64,000 bases of DNA from Cetorhinus maximus (taxonomy: Eukaryota): positions 28,768,001 through 28,832,000 of the forward strand of contig NC_135901.1 of the NCBI RefSeq assembly GCF_964194155.1, given 5' to 3'. This document shows positions 1 through 12,845 of this stretch, piece after piece; the first letter of the stretch is position 1, and every line of letters begins with the position of its first letter. Position numbers and translations under genes: made by a program. Under the pieces are notes generated by a model. It saw only the letters and a program-made list of their open reading frames with translations, was not told where the DNA came from and searched no databases.

Positions 1-269
1 GGAAGATTTGCCCAGCTGGAAGCTGGAGGAAGAAATCTCCAGGGATCCCAATGGTGAAAGGCAGTTAGCCAAGTGGCAGAAAGCAGTCGGCTTGAACAGT
101 GAGCTTGGACAGAGCTGTAAAGAAGCTGTGGGAGCCGACTTGGAAAAAGCAGTCGGTCTGTCCAATATCAGCTCAAGAAGGCAGTGGAATCCTCACAGAG
201 AGAAAGCTCTGGAAGTCTGAGTGCCAGGCTGGGAAACTGGGCACAAATCAAAGTAAATTTCAGAGGGCT
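1..269 (+). mobile_element. Fragment of an LTR-like repeat, homologous in reverse to the outer element at 55289-56950
   Basis: GCTCAAGAAGGCAGTGGAATCCTCACAGAG...TCTGAGTGCCAG is the reverse complement of 55380-55594 plus 56648-56700. The ORFs at 8..220 and 55311..55517 share AVGLSN.SSRRQWNPHR. Confidence 0.6.
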
Positions 270-724
270 GTGAATTATAATGGCAGCAACTGGAAGGTCA
301 GGGTCTTGCTTGTGGACTGAGCAGAGGTGTTCCACAAAGAGGGCAGCATACAGGGGACAGATGAATTAAAGAGAAACCATTTGGGTCGTGAACATTGTGC
401 ACATCCTTTTACTCTGGTTGTCTTTGATCCTCAAGTAATTTTCTGTTTTTGTAACCATGTTCTGTTTCATTAATAAACTTTTATCAGTAAAAATATTTGA
501 TTTTTCTGGACCTCTCATGATTGATTTCTGCACTTTAGGGAAAGTGGGTGAGAGGGGTTGGCAGGCTCTTTGACAGAAAGTGAGTCCCTCTAAGGTAATT
601 GGCAAAGGAGTCAGAGGGGGAAATGAGATTTTATTTTTTGACGCAGCGAGTTGTTCTGATCGGCCTGAAAGCAAATTCAACAGTATCTTTCCAAAGGGTA
701 AATACTTGAAAGGTAAGAAAGGTT

Positions 725-1092
725 GGCCAATGGGAAACGCCATGCGCAGCTCCCCCCGCCCCCCTATCTCTCTCTCTTGCTCTCTCTCTCTCTCTCTCTC
801 TCTCGGACCTGCGCAGTCCCGGGCCGGTCGCCCGCTCGGCGGATAGAGCGGTTTCCCCAGCGCGGGAGATTGTGGGAGCTGCGGCCGCCATTACTCGTCC
901 GGAGCCCGGCCTCCAAACCCCTGGGACTGGGATGGAAAGTGGGGGTGGGGGGTGCAGTGACCCCACCCTGACACAAAGTACATGTGGGTAGGCACTGGAT
1001 ATGATTGTGACGCCCCCTTAGCAAAACAGTTTAAGTTCATGTGTAAAGATTTAGACACCTGGGTGGCATATTGGTGAGAGCAATAGGTGAAT
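725..1092 (+). promoter_or_regulatory. ZNF promoter and first-exon module P1, copy 1
   Basis: CCAAT, CATGCGCAG (NRF1-like), a ZNF143-like site and GGCCGCCATT (YY1-like), with a donor-like AG|GTGAAT near 1087. Homologous to 23660-24000, 27660-27980, 32940-33270 and 58295-58625. Confidence 0.65.
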
Positions 1093-1319
1093 GTGGAATT
1101 GAACCCGAGAGTCAGCATCTTCGTGGGAGGAGAATTAGGGGGAAGCAGGAGGAGAGCAAAACAATGAATTATCGACAGAGGTTTATAGTTTGATAGGGAG
1201 AAGAATGTTTCATGAGTTTCTATCCTGCAGTTACCTGGATAACTTATGTAAACTCCTTTTGCAGAGCTTTGGAGAGAGAGGAGTTATTGATAAGAAACTC
1301 CAAACAATTAGCAAGTTAG

Positions 1320-1552
1320 GATCTGACAGATTAATCTGATTCATCAGGCTTTGAATATCATTGGTCTTTGAATCTAGGAGGAGGAATGTTTCTCTTTTCC
1401 ATCCCTGGGAAAAGATTTCAAACGTCAGTGTGAATAGAAAAGCACCGAGACACACAGACCCGAGTGAGAGTGTTCGAGTGCACTGGCTATAGAAAGAGCT
1501 TTAACCAGTTACACAATCTGAAAAAACATCACACCATTCACTGCAGGGAGAG
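1320..1552 (+). pseudogene. Remnant of the ZNF exon-2 leader (degenerate fingers only)
   Basis: GAAAAGCACCGAGACACACAGACCCGAGTGAGAGTGTTC...TTTAACCAGTTACACAATCTGAAAAAACATCAC matches the leader of the intact ZNF exons. No finger array follows. Confidence 0.7.
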
Positions 1553-2504
1553 ATGATAACAGCTCATCTCACCCGCTCCACAGCTTCAACACACCCACGT
1601 CGTCCACATAGGTGCAGCCGAAGAGTTCACAATGTGAGGTTTCTACAAAGCCCCACGATTCTGGTGCTGAGGGCCTCTGACAGTGTCCAGGGGTTCGATA
1701 GAAAACACGGTGATGGGATTTCAAACACAGAACACCTTTCTCACCGCAGGGAAGTTTAAGTCTGGTAAATTGCCTCTTTTCCAGCGGTGGCTCCTCAGGT
1801 CAGTGAGCTCCCCAGATGGCATCTGAGAGGATTTTCTAAACCAGATTTGAAAGTGACTCAATCCACCTTTTCTGCTATTCACAGATTTTGTTAACTGCTC
1901 CCTCTGTTACCTGTTGCCTCCGATATTTCTTTCTGGGTTATTTCTCTACTTCTGTCTGTGCTTCTGATACAGTTTTGGTTCCTTCAATCCAAAATCTGAG
2001 ACCATCAAATACAGAAACAAGGCACAGGCAGTGTGATGGGAAATGTACAGAACTGGACCAGCTTTCTTCAATAGAGAAACTCTGCTGCCCGTCTCCCAAC
2101 TCACACTCAGTCCCGTTCACCTATCACCCTCTGTGCTCACTGACCGACATCGGCCCCCACTCAAGCTTTCCTCCTTGGGCCCGATCTTACCTCTGTAAAA
2201 ACGAATGTGATTTTGAATGAGTTAAAATCGGGCCCATTCTTTTCAAATCCCTCCATGATCTCGCCCCTCCCCATCTCTGTAATCTCCTCCATCTCCACAA
2301 CCCTCTGAAATACCTGTGCTCCTCTCATGCTGGAGCATCCCTGCTTTTAATCGCTCCACCATTGGCGGCCGTGTCTTCAACTGCTTGGCTCCCAAGGTCT
2401 GGAATTCCTCCCTAACCCTCTCCAACTGCCAATATTGATTTTCACCTTTAATACTCTCCGTAAAACCTAACTCTTTGTCCAAGCTTTTGATGATCTGACC
2501 TAAT

Positions 2505-5500
2505 TTTAAAAAATTCATTCATGGGATGTGGATGCCACTGGCTAGGCCAGCATTTATTGCCCATCCCTAGTTGCCCTTGAGAAGGTGGTGGTGAGCTGCC
2601 TTCTTGAACCACTGCAGTCCATGTGATGTACATACACCCACCGTGCTGATAGGGAGGGAGTTCCAGGATTTTAACCCAGCAGCTGTGAAGGAACAGCGAT
2701 ATAGCTCCATGTCAGGATGCTGAGTAGCTTGGAGGGGAACTTGCCAGGTGGTGGTATTCCCATCTACCTGCTGCCCTTGTCCTTCTAGATGGTAGTGGTG
2801 GTGGGTTTGGAAGGTACTGTCGAAGGAGCTTTCGGGAATTCCTGCAGTGCAGCTTGTAGATGGTACACACTGCTGTTACTGTGTGTTGGTGGTGGAGGGA
2901 GTGAATATTTGTGGATGTGGTGCCAATCAAGCGGGCTGCTTTGTCCTGGACAGTGTCAAGCTTCTTGAGTGTTGTGGGAGCTGTACTCATCCAGGCGGAG
3001 TATTCTATCACACTCTTGACTTGTGCCTTGTAGATGGTGGACAGGCTCTGGGGAGTCAGGAGGTGAGTTACTCGTCACACGATTCCTAGCCTCTGACCGG
3101 CTTTTGTAGCCATATTTATATGGCTAGTCTAGTTTAGTTTCTGGTCAATGGTAACTCCCAGGATGTTGATAGTGCGGGGTTCAGTCGTGGTAATGCCATT
3201 GAACATCAAGGACCGATGGTTGATTCTCTCTTGTTGGAGATGGTCATTGCCTGACACTTGTGTGGCATGGATGCTACTTGCCACTTGTCAACCCAAGCCT
3301 GGATATTGTTCAGGTCTTGCTGCATTTGGACATGGACTACTTCAGTATCTGAGGAGTCGCGAATGGTGCTGGACATTGTTCAATCATCAGCGAACATCCC
3401 CACTTCTGATCCTATGATTGAAGGAAGGTCATTGATGAAGCAGCTGAAGATGGTTAGGCTGAGGACACCACCCTGAGGAACTCCTGCAGTGATGTCCTGT
3501 AACTGAGATGATTGATCTCCAACAACCACGACCATCTTCCTTTATGCTAGGTATGACTCCAACCAGTGGAGAGTTTTCCCCCTGATTCCACCTGACTCCG
3601 GTTTTGCTAGGGCTCCTTGATGGCACACTTGGTCAAATGCTGCGTCAAGGGCAGTCACTCTCACCTCACATCGGGAGTTCAGCTCCTTTGTCCATGTTTG
3701 AACCAAGGCTGTAATGAGGTCAGGAGCTTAGTGGCCCTGGTGGAACTCAAACTGGTCATCAGTGAGCAGGTTATTGCCGCTTGATAGCACTGTTGATAAT
3801 CCCTGATGATCGAGAGTAGACTGATGGGGCAGTAATTGGCCGTGTTGGATTTGTCCTGCTTTTTGTGTACAGGAAATACCTGGGCAATTTTCCACATAGC
3901 CGGATCGATGCCAGTCTTGTAGCTGTACTGGAACAGCATGGCTAGGGGCGCAGCAAGTTCGGGAGCACAAGTCTTCAGTACTATTGCCGGAATAAAGTCA
4001 GGGCTCATAGCCTTTGCAGTATGCAGTGCCTTCAGCCCTTTCCTGATATCAGGTGCAGTGAATCGAATTGGCTGAAGACTGGCATCTGTGATGCTGGGGA
4101 CCCCTGGAGAAGGCTGAGATGGATCATCCACTCAGCACTTCTGGATGAAGATCCTTACGAATCCCTTCAGCCTTATCTTTTGCACTGATGCGCTGGGACC
4201 CTCCATCATTGAGGATAGGGATATTTGTGGAGCCTCCTTCTCCAGTCAACTGTTTAATTGTGCACCACCATTCATGATTGGATGTGGCAGGACTGCAGAG
4301 CTCAGAACTGATCCATTGGTTGTGGGATTGTTTATCTCTGTCTATCACTTGCTGCTTATGCTGTTTGGCACGCAATTAGTCCTGTGTTCTAGCTTCACCA
4401 GGTTGACATCTTATTTTTAGGTATGCCTGGTGCTGATCCTGGCATGCCCTCCTGCACCCTTCATTGAAACAGGGTTAATCCCCTAGGTTGAAGGTAATGG
4501 CAGAATGGGGGATATGCCGGGCCATGAGGTTACAGATTGTGTTCGAGTACAATTCTGCTGCTGCTGATGGCCCACAATGCCTCATGGATGCGCAGTATTG
4601 AGTTGCTAGATCTGCTCGAAATCTATGCCATTAAGCACGGTGGTAGTGCCACACAACATGATGGAGGGTATCCTCAATGTGAAGCCGGGGCTTCGTCTCC
4701 ACATGGTCTGTATGGTGGTCACTCCTACCGATAATGTCATGGACAGATTCATCTGTAGCAGGGAGGTTGTTGAGGATTAGATCAAGCATGTTTTTCCCTC
4801 TTGTTGGTCCCCTCACCACATGCCGCAGACACAGTCTAATATCTATGACCTTTTGGACTCGGCCAGCTCAGTTTGTGGTGATGCTACCGAGTCATTATTG
4901 GTGATGGACATTGAAGCCCCCACCCAGAGTACATTCTGCGCCCTTTCCTCCCTCAGTGCTTCCTCCAAGTGATGTTCAATATGGACGAGCACTGATTCAT
5001 CAGCTGAGGGAGGGTGGTACGTGGTAATCAGCAGGAGGTTTCCTTGACCAAGTTTGACCTGATGCCATGAGACTTCACATGGTGCGGAGCTGATGTTGAG
5101 GATTATTAGGGCAACTCCCTCCCGACTGTATACCACTGTGTCACCACCTCTGCTGGGCCTGTCCTGCCGGTGAGGCAGGACATACCCAGGGATGGTGATG
5201 GTGGTGTCTGGGGCATTATCTGTAAGGTATGATTCCGTGAGGATGAATATGTCAGGCTGTTGCTTGACTAGTCTGTGAGACAGCTATCCCAATTTTGGCA
5301 CTAGCCCCCAGATGTTGGAAGGAAGTGCTTTGCAATGTCGACAGGGTTGGGTTTCCCCTTGTTGTTTCTGGTGCCCATGTCGATTCCGGGTGGCCTGTAC
5401 TGCTTCGTTCCTTTTTATTGGCCTTGTAGTCGTTTGATACAACTGAATGGCTTGCTAGGCCATTTCAAAGGACATTTAAGAGTCAACCACATTGCTGAGG

Positions 5501-5712
5501 GCCCGGAGTCACATGTAGGCCAGACCAGGCAAGGACAGCAGATTTCCTTCCTTAAAGGACATCAGTGAACCAGATGGGTTTTTATGACAATCAATGATGG
5601 TTTCAAGACTTTTAACTCCAGATTTTTATTGAATTCAAATTCCACGAACTGCCATGGCAGGATTCGAACCCGGGTCCCCAGAGCATTGGGTCTCTGGATT
5701 ACCAGTCCAGTG
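2505..5712 (-). mobile_element. Near full-length non-LTR retrotransposon (CR1-group-like, clade unassigned) with tRNA-like 5' head, no ORF1 and a single degraded APE-endonuclease + RT ORF
   Basis: Endonuclease motifs NIWGL..LTES, TYHPP, PTRGKNMLDL and SDHHT. RT motifs WKIAQVFPVHKKQDKSN.ANY.PISLLS, GVPQG and FADD, then C-terminal EYS..AWMS.APTTLKKLD. B-box GGTTCGAATCC at about 5660-5670 (minus). 3' end CACATCCCATGAATGAA. Many stops and frameshifts. Confidence 0.9.
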
Positions 5713-6054
5713 AACGAGTACAAGGTTAAAGATTAAAGCTTTTTAACTGACAATCAATAATCATCCAAAGGGCGTGCAACAAGGTGTGTCTCTGTCCAAT
5801 CAGTATGAGGGAGCAGGATAATGAACAGGTATTCTGGCCAATGGGAACTGAGTGAGGTCAGGGGCACGCTCAGTGATCACTAGGTGCGAGTGAGAGGGCT
5901 GATGGACAGGTGAACCATCGAATGGGCGGGGAGAGATATCTGGGAGTGGGTTTTATGTCCAATCAGTTCCCCCAGTGACAGGCCCCTCCTGCCACTAGAA
6001 ATTTGAAATACAATGTGAAAATTCTGGAAACTCTGAGTGATTCAGTTCTGCGCA

Positions 6055-6970
6055 TCATTGAATCATTTGAAGAATTGGAGTAAAGGGATATTTCAGCACA
6101 TTTTTCAACTGCTGTCTGAACTTAGTCTGGGTCACCGCGTAAATAACAGTGTTTGGTCAGCAACTCAGGAGCTGCAGCATGAAGGCAAATTCCAGGACAA
6201 AATCATTTAGATATACAGACTTATACCCAAACCACTACATCCGGACCCATATAGAATAAAACACGAACGTTGACCATAACAGGATGAAATTGGCTGAGAT
6301 AACAAACAGTAAAATGATAGATTTCCTTCGACCCTCCATCTCTGGGTCTTTGGGACTCTCTCCACTGCTGTGAGCTCGGAGTCTCCTGCGGGCTCTGCTG
6401 GTCACCTCAATGTGTCTGACGGTGAAAACATTGAGCAGCAGAATCAGGACAAATGGGACACATGGGGTTAGAATGATGTGGAGGAACTCGATTGTTACCC
6501 AGAATGGAGAGACCTGAATCCTCATTGTGACCTCACAAAACCAGGGAATGTTCCCCAGCCAATAACGAGAGGTTAACATAAAATACCAGAAAATGTTCTT
6601 TAAACAGCTCAGCACAGTCACTGCTCCCAGAACCACAGCCGCCGTTTTCTCGCTGCAATATTTACTTTTCAGCTTCTGGCAACAAATGGCCACAAATCGA
6701 TCAAAGGTGCAAGTGACGGTGAACCAGACAGAACAGTCAGTGGCTGCATAAAGCAGGACAGCGTGGATATTGCACACGGGGATGTACCACAGGAAAATAA
6801 AATGTTCCCGATAAACAATTGGAATGTGCCTCAGTATCAGGTCGAGGGTAATGACCAGTAGATCCACCACTGCCATGGCCACCAAGTAGCGAGTGACACA
6901 TTTGGAGGGGCCACAGTTTTGGCGAGATAGGATAACATTATGTATCACTAAGAGTCGCCACTAAGTTAAC
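6055..6970 (-). pseudogene. Rhodopsin-class GPCR of the GPR139/GPR142-like family, main coding exon, pseudogenised
   Basis: 7TM pattern with YLVAMAVVDLL, TFDRFVAIC and NTVIYAVTQTKFR. Acceptor TTTCCTCACAG near 6971. A frameshifting insertion follows VNLVA, there is an in-frame TAG at 6235 and a TGA in TM7, and the natural stop is at 6055. Exon 1 was not located. Confidence 0.85.
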
Positions 6971-7734
6971 TGTGAGGAAAGGCAAAAGAAACAATGAAAT
7001 TATACATCAGGCTGGGAGCAAAGTTACCAATTTGATTGAGGAGTTACTGAGATGTTCAAATGTGTTAATCCTCACTTGCAACTCAGACCCCCCGACATTC
7101 GCAACCCCTATCTGAATATATTCCCTTTCAGACACAAAATGCAAAGCAAAACAAACACTCACTGCTCAAAAACACAGACACAAAAATAAGAAAAGATGAT
7201 TTCTGGAAAATTAATGTGCAATTAGATTATTAGAAGTGTAGAACAGAAACAGGTCACTCTTTTACAGTCCATAAGATGGTGATTGAAAATGTTGCAGGCC
7301 TGAAGGATTCTCTCCTAGTTTCTTGAAGACACATGTAGGTTGGAAATTTCTGGCCTTTGGTCCAAACTGTGGTTGAGCCTCTGTGATGAAGAAATGTAAT
7401 AGCAGGTAAAATGTCTTCGCCCCTTTTACTGCCCGAGGTGACTTCCAAACAAGGTTTTCTTTTTCATGGGTTGGGATCTCTTCCCTCAGGATCTTCTTTT
7501 CTTTGATTGTCCGACTGCCTTCTGGACATTCAGAGAAAAATCTTCCAGTATCGAATGTTTCAGAAAGTCAGTTATATAATGTTTGTTATGAAGTGTTTTT
7601 TCATCTTAAACTGTCTCCCTGTCCTGTGACCACAGTGGCGGATTTCCATTGTCCACACATTGACATTCCCGTTATGAACAGCCTCCGAGTCTCTCCATGC
7701 ACCTCCACCCTCCCAACAAGGTCCACGGGAATAT

Positions 7735-8335
7735 GACTTGACCATGACAGGGGTGACAGGAGGGGGAGTCTGGAATGATGGCGGGAGCTGGGACTTACAG
7801 GGTGAAGCTGGGTTGATATTTCCCCCAGACCCACACCCAGATACACAAACGCTGACTCTCGAGGTGTGTACACTGTCCCAGGAGAGGCACAGGAAGGAAG
7901 AAATAGCCCCTCTTGTCGGAGGATGGACGTTGCTTGACTGGGAGCGAGTGAATGTCAGCGGATACAAGGGGGACTGGGAAATGGGACTTGTTGCGCCTTA
8001 GGACACAGGTTGCAGACTGCAGTTTCTAGAGGGTGAAATGTAGGAGAGCAGCCAGAGATGTGTTGGAAATAGTCAAGTCTCGATGTAACAAAGGCATTGA
8101 CGAGGATGCCAGGAGTGGATGGGCTGAGGCGGGGGTGAAGTCGGGTAATGTTATTGAGGTAGAAATAGGCGGTTTATTGAAGGTGTGAATATATGATACC
8201 AAGTTTGTGAACAGTCTGGTTCAGGCTGAGACAGTTACCAGGAAGAATGATGGAGCTGCGAGCTGGGTAACAGAATTTGGTGCGAGGACTGAAAATAATG
8301 GCTTCAGCCTCCCCAACATTTAATTGGAATGAGAG
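7735..8335 (-). mobile_element. Old L2-like LINE fragment
   Basis: Degenerate L2-type 3' RT sequence (e.g. TTGAGGTAGAAATAGGCGGT, AGCCTCCCCAACATTTAATTGGA on the plus strand). Confidence 0.45.
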
Positions 8336-8379
8336 ATGTGTGAGGGATTAGATTTTGGCGGGGGTGGGTGTTGGGTCGG

Positions 8380-9640
8380 GGGAGGTGGGTGAACATGGAG
8401 ATACAACACAAGCTAAATGGTCCGAATTTATAGAGGGTGCAAGAGCAGAGAGACCTGGGATATTTGTATACAAAACACTGGAGGAGACAGAACAGGCTAA
8501 CAAATCGGTTAATGAAGCCCTTGGGATCCAGGGCTTTATAAATAGAGACACAGAGCACAAAAGACAGGAAATTATAGTGAACCTGTATAAAAGTCTAGTT
8601 TGATCATGCTTGAAGCATTATATCCAATACTGGGCTGCACAATTTAGGAAGGATGTGAAGACTTTGGAGAGGGGGCCGAAGAGATTTACTGGAATTGTGC
8701 CAAGGAGGAGGGATTATACAGTTACGTGGATAGACTGGATAATCTGGGCTTGTTCTCCATCGAGCACAGAAGATTAAGAGGAGATTTGATAGGGGTGTTT
8801 AACATTATGAAGGGTTTAGATAAGTGAAATAGAGAGAAACTGTTTCCAGTGTCTGAGAGGTCGATAACCAGAGGGCACAGGTTTAAGGTGATTGGTTAAA
8901 GAAGCGGAGGTTACCCGAGGAAAAGCTTTTTCACTCAGTGAGTGGTTTGGATTTGGAGTGCACTGTCCGATAGAATGGCAGATGCAAATTCCGTAATACC
9001 TTTTCAAATGGAAATTGGGAAATTTGTGAAGGAGGAAAGTACAGGGATCAGAGGAAAGAGCCAAAGAGTGGGGCTAATTTGTTTGTTCAAGAGTGCGAGC
9101 TAGATGGGCCGAATGAAATCCTTTGGTTTGTTCTACACGATGATTCTGTACTTGCTCCTGTCCGGACTTTCCCAATGTCCCTATCCTTTCAAAAGGTGTT
9201 TGATAAAGTGCCACATAAAAGACTTGGTGCCAAAATTGAAATACATGGGATGGAAGGAGCAATGACTGCTTGGCTTGGAAATGGGCTTCGCGACAGAAAG
9301 CAGAGAGCAGTGGAGAATGACTGTTCTTCAGATTACGAGGAAGTGTCCAGGGGGGTTCTCCAAGGTCAGTGTTGGACACACTGCTCCTTTGATATGTGTT
9401 CATGCCGTGGGCTTAGGCACACAACAGGTAATTTCAAATGCTTCAGCTGGTAGGAAACTCAGAAATATTAATAAACAGTGAGAAGGATAGGAACAGACTT
9501 GAGGAGGATGAAAACTGACTGGTGAAATGGACAGACACCTGAAAGATGCACTTTAACACTGAGAAGTGTGAAGTGATGCATTTTGGTAGGAAAGAGATTG
9601 AAAGGAAATGTAAAGCGAAGAGAAATCATTTTAAATCAGG
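8380..9640 (+). mobile_element. Old CR1 LINE fragments (RT and 3' end)
   Basis: Degenerate peptides FQKVFDKVPHKRL, MHFNTEKCEVMHFGRK and LYKSLV, plus a CR1-type 3' UTR near 9080-9145. Confidence 0.75.
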
Positions 9641-10588
9641 AACGGAGACAGATGGGGAGCCAGGTTTCTGTGCCGGTCTCGTAAACCACAAGTCAGATCA
9701 ATTTACCGACTTTGGAAAACCGCAACTTCCTCCTCACCTGATTCCTGCCATCTTTGCATCTCGGAGAGGCACGAACGGGATAAGGGTGGGTTTCCCGATT
9801 AGCGATTGGGTGTGGGCTCGGGTTTGAACCCAGAAGGGCTCAGCTGTGGGGTTGGGATCTTCCTGCTTTTTGCCCAATTAAAGGACAGTTAATGGAGCCA
9901 TTGAACATGTTCTGTCTGAATACGGCCCTGAGAGATCACGGGGGGAGAATTCTGATGTTAGCGCTGTGAGTCCTTCCTGTTCAAGTCACCGATGACTGAA
10001 ACATTGTTGTCCTGTGAGAGCTGGCCCATGAAGAACATTTCCCTTAATGTCCTCATCAGTCATTGCTGTGCCCACTGTCCAACTCCACTGCTGTCAATCT
10101 ACTCTCAGCTCTGTGTTCACTGCTGGAGCAACCATTCACTGCTCATCCCTAAAAGTCACTCACTTAAATAAAAAATCATGATGTTTCAGCCCACACAGCC
10201 CTGCTAGCGGTTACAAGAACATTTCAACCTCTGCTCTCCTCACTCACAACACAGCCCCTCTGACACCCACAAGCCCCACCTAAATCCATTCCCCTCAAGG
10301 CGAGGCAGCACAATGAGCGTGGCCATGTTCAAGCCTCAGAAGGACCACAAACCAAGTCAGGAAAGCTCCTGGAGGACCTCGGGCACTAACTGCATTGGTG
10401 ACTGGGACATGCCTTGTCGCTCTCTCACTTGTCAGGCAATGCTGAGTGCCGTGCAAAGCCTTTCCTCATGTGGCACACACAGAGCAGCACCTCCCCCTCA
10501 TGAGCATTACATCCCATGAGGTTAATCATGGGAAACACCAAGAGTATCACACGTTTTGCCCCAGGTACCTCCAACACCCTTATCCCAG

Positions 10589-11225
10589 GATGGCAGACTG
10601 AGGAGGCAGCAGTGCCCCCGCTTCATGGAGCACGACCGGGGCATCCTCCTGACAGAGACAATGCACACACGGGGACATCATGTTCCCTGAAGGATCCAGT
10701 TCCGCCCCCCCACCGGAGTTTGGGTGAGAAGAGTGGATGTCGTCATCTCTGCTGGCGACCAACAGAGGACCTGGATACAGTGTCGAAAGTACTTCACTGA
10801 CTTTCTGCTCGCCGCCAACGTGAGTGAGATGTCCCTGCCATGCATGTAGCCCAGTATTACTGTATGTAGCATGTCAGGCCTCGGGTGGACACAGGGTGCA
10901 TGATGCTCAGCACGTCTACAGGATCATGGGCCCATGGCCACGGTGAAGCAACAATGTCAATGGTCAAGGATGGAAATGAGGAGAAATAACTGTGGAGTTC
11001 TTGGAAGGATTTCCAATCACCGTGACTCGATGAGCCAGCACATCACCCTTTCCCTCTTGTCCTTGCAGGAGAAGAGGGCTCACAATGCCCGCGAGCTACT
11101 GAGGGCCAAGGGAGGGACCACACATCTCCATGCTATTCAACCTGTGGAGGAGAGGGAAGTGGACATTGCCAGAATACCGTCCACAGAGCATGTCGGTGAG
11201 AACTTGGGCATTAATGGTAACAGGT
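10589..11225 (+). mobile_element. Harbinger transposon Myb/SANT-like accessory gene, degraded, intron-containing
   Basis: Exon ending RTWIQCRKYFTDF with donor GTGAGT near 10820, then acceptor CCTTGCAG| followed by EKRAHNARELLRAKGG. Confidence 0.7.
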
Positions 11226-11314
11226 AACTCCAAGTGGCAGCAACTGAGTACCGGGATAGCTTTGGAAGAAGGTCACAAAGAAAGGGGGTGCTCTGCATGA
11301 CCTCATCTCATGAC

Positions 11315-11505
11315 CAGGGGGCAGTAGATGAAGGAACCCTCACAACATTTAAGAAGTATTTAGATGAGCGCTTGAAACGCTATAGCATGCAGGGCTATGG
11401 GCCAAGTGCTGGAAAATGGGATTAGAATAGATAGGTGCTTGATGGCTGGCACAGACACGATGGGCAGAGGGCCTGTATTGTGCTGTATAACTCTATGACT
11501 CTATG
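11315..11505 (+). mobile_element. CR1 3' end fragment
   Basis: TTFKKYLD..GYGPSAGKWD* followed by a (CTATGACT)n tail. Same family as 28130-28313 and 35250-35503. Confidence 0.8.
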
Positions 11506-12255
11506 AGTATGACTGCCTTGTGTTTCTCTCACAGGTCCCAGCGCTGTGATCTCTCTCCCTGGAGACGAGTCAGGGCTCAGACATGAGGAGGACGTAGACG
11601 TGTCCGAGGATGTACCCTCACCAACATCTCACTCAGCAGACACCAGGCCAGAGACCCACACTCCAGCCGGTACAAGTGTGGACATAGAGTAGGGAGCGCT
11701 GGTTGATGAGCACAGCACCAGTGTGCAGGAGGGGGTGTCAGAGGCAGAGGTTTCTGAGCACAGTTGCCCCTGGAGGTGGGAGGGCAGTCACAGGGACACT
11801 CCACAGGATGGTGAGACTCTGGAGTCTCAGTTTGGGATTCAGTGTTTGGACCTACAGTTGGAGATAAGTGGCCATCGGACTTAGTTCCCTGAGGCATCGA
11901 GAGCTCAGGCACTCTGAATGGATGAGTCCATGGTGACCATGACCTTGACCATGTCTCTGGTTGGGCAGCACATGATGAGCAGCCAGGAGAGAGTGGCCAG
12001 CCTCATGGTGAGCCCATGAGCAGGTGAAGGGTCTCCTGCGCTGCGGTACTTGGTCAATTGCAGCAGTGGGAGAGGGGCGAAGGACCCTGAACAGGACTAT
12101 CTCACAAGTGGAAGATCAGTCTCTCGAGGGGGTGGCAGCTGTGCCCCAGCGCCCCACCACATTCGGCCATTGGGGCACCACCCCAAGGGCTGAGCAACCT
12201 GAACAGGTGGGTGAAGGATCCACGGATTTTGAGGGACTCTCACTCTCCTGTGATC

Positions 12256-12845
12256 CATAGAGTCATTAGGTCTACAGCACAGAGAAAGGTCCTTCGGCCC
12301 ATCGAGTCTGCACCAGTCAAACAAGTACCTAACTATTCTTATCCAATTTTCCAGCACTAGGCCCATAGCCTTGAATGCCATGGCATCGCAAGTGCACATC
12401 CAAATACTTATTGAATGTTATGGGGGTTTTCTGCCTCTACCGCCCTTTCAGGCAGTCAGTTCCAGATTCCCACCACCGTCTGAGAGAAAAAAATCTTCCT
12501 CACGTCCCCTCTAAACCTCCCGCCCCTTACTTTAAATCTATGCCCCCTGGTAATTGATCAGAACATTTGGCCCTCATGCAGTCATTAGGGCCCACACACA
12601 CAAACAAACACAAAGGGGAAAAGTTCCTTTCTGTCTACCCTTTCTATGCCCCTTATAATTTTATACACCTCAATCATATCCCCCTCAATCTCCTCTGCTC
12701 CAGGGAAAATAACCCCAGCCTATCCAAACTCTCCTTACAACTAAAACTCTCCAGCCCAGGCAACATTCTGATAAATCTCCTCTGCACTCTTTCCAGTGCA
12801 ATCACATCCCTCTATTAATGTGGATTCCAGAACTACACGCAACTG
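12256..12845 (-). mobile_element. CR1 3' fragment
   Basis: Reverse complement of the CR1 RT C-terminus and 3' UTR, with the tail ATAGAGTCAT at 12257. Confidence 0.8.

Larger units (their letters stand above)
270..3019 (+). repeat. Left arm of a ~2.7 kb inverted segmental duplication (partner 21882-24453)
   Basis: Collinear reverse-complement match along the arm, e.g. 353-450 vs 24280-24370 and 1900-2160 vs 22770-23030. ORF pairs 1888..2220/22745..23032 and 2243..2518/22425..22664 are near-identical. About 1130-1310 is missing from the right arm. Confidence 0.92.

Noticed and set aside
5640-5712. tRNA genes at the B-box-containing heads (also near 58762, 28755 and 62460)
   Set aside because: No complete cloverleaf or terminator, and each continues into a SINE or LINE body.
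6235-6948. Intact 237-aa GPCR as listed in the ORF track
   Set aside because: The start lies inside a frameshifting insertion and the stop is premature; TM7 and the tail continue beyond it with a second stop.
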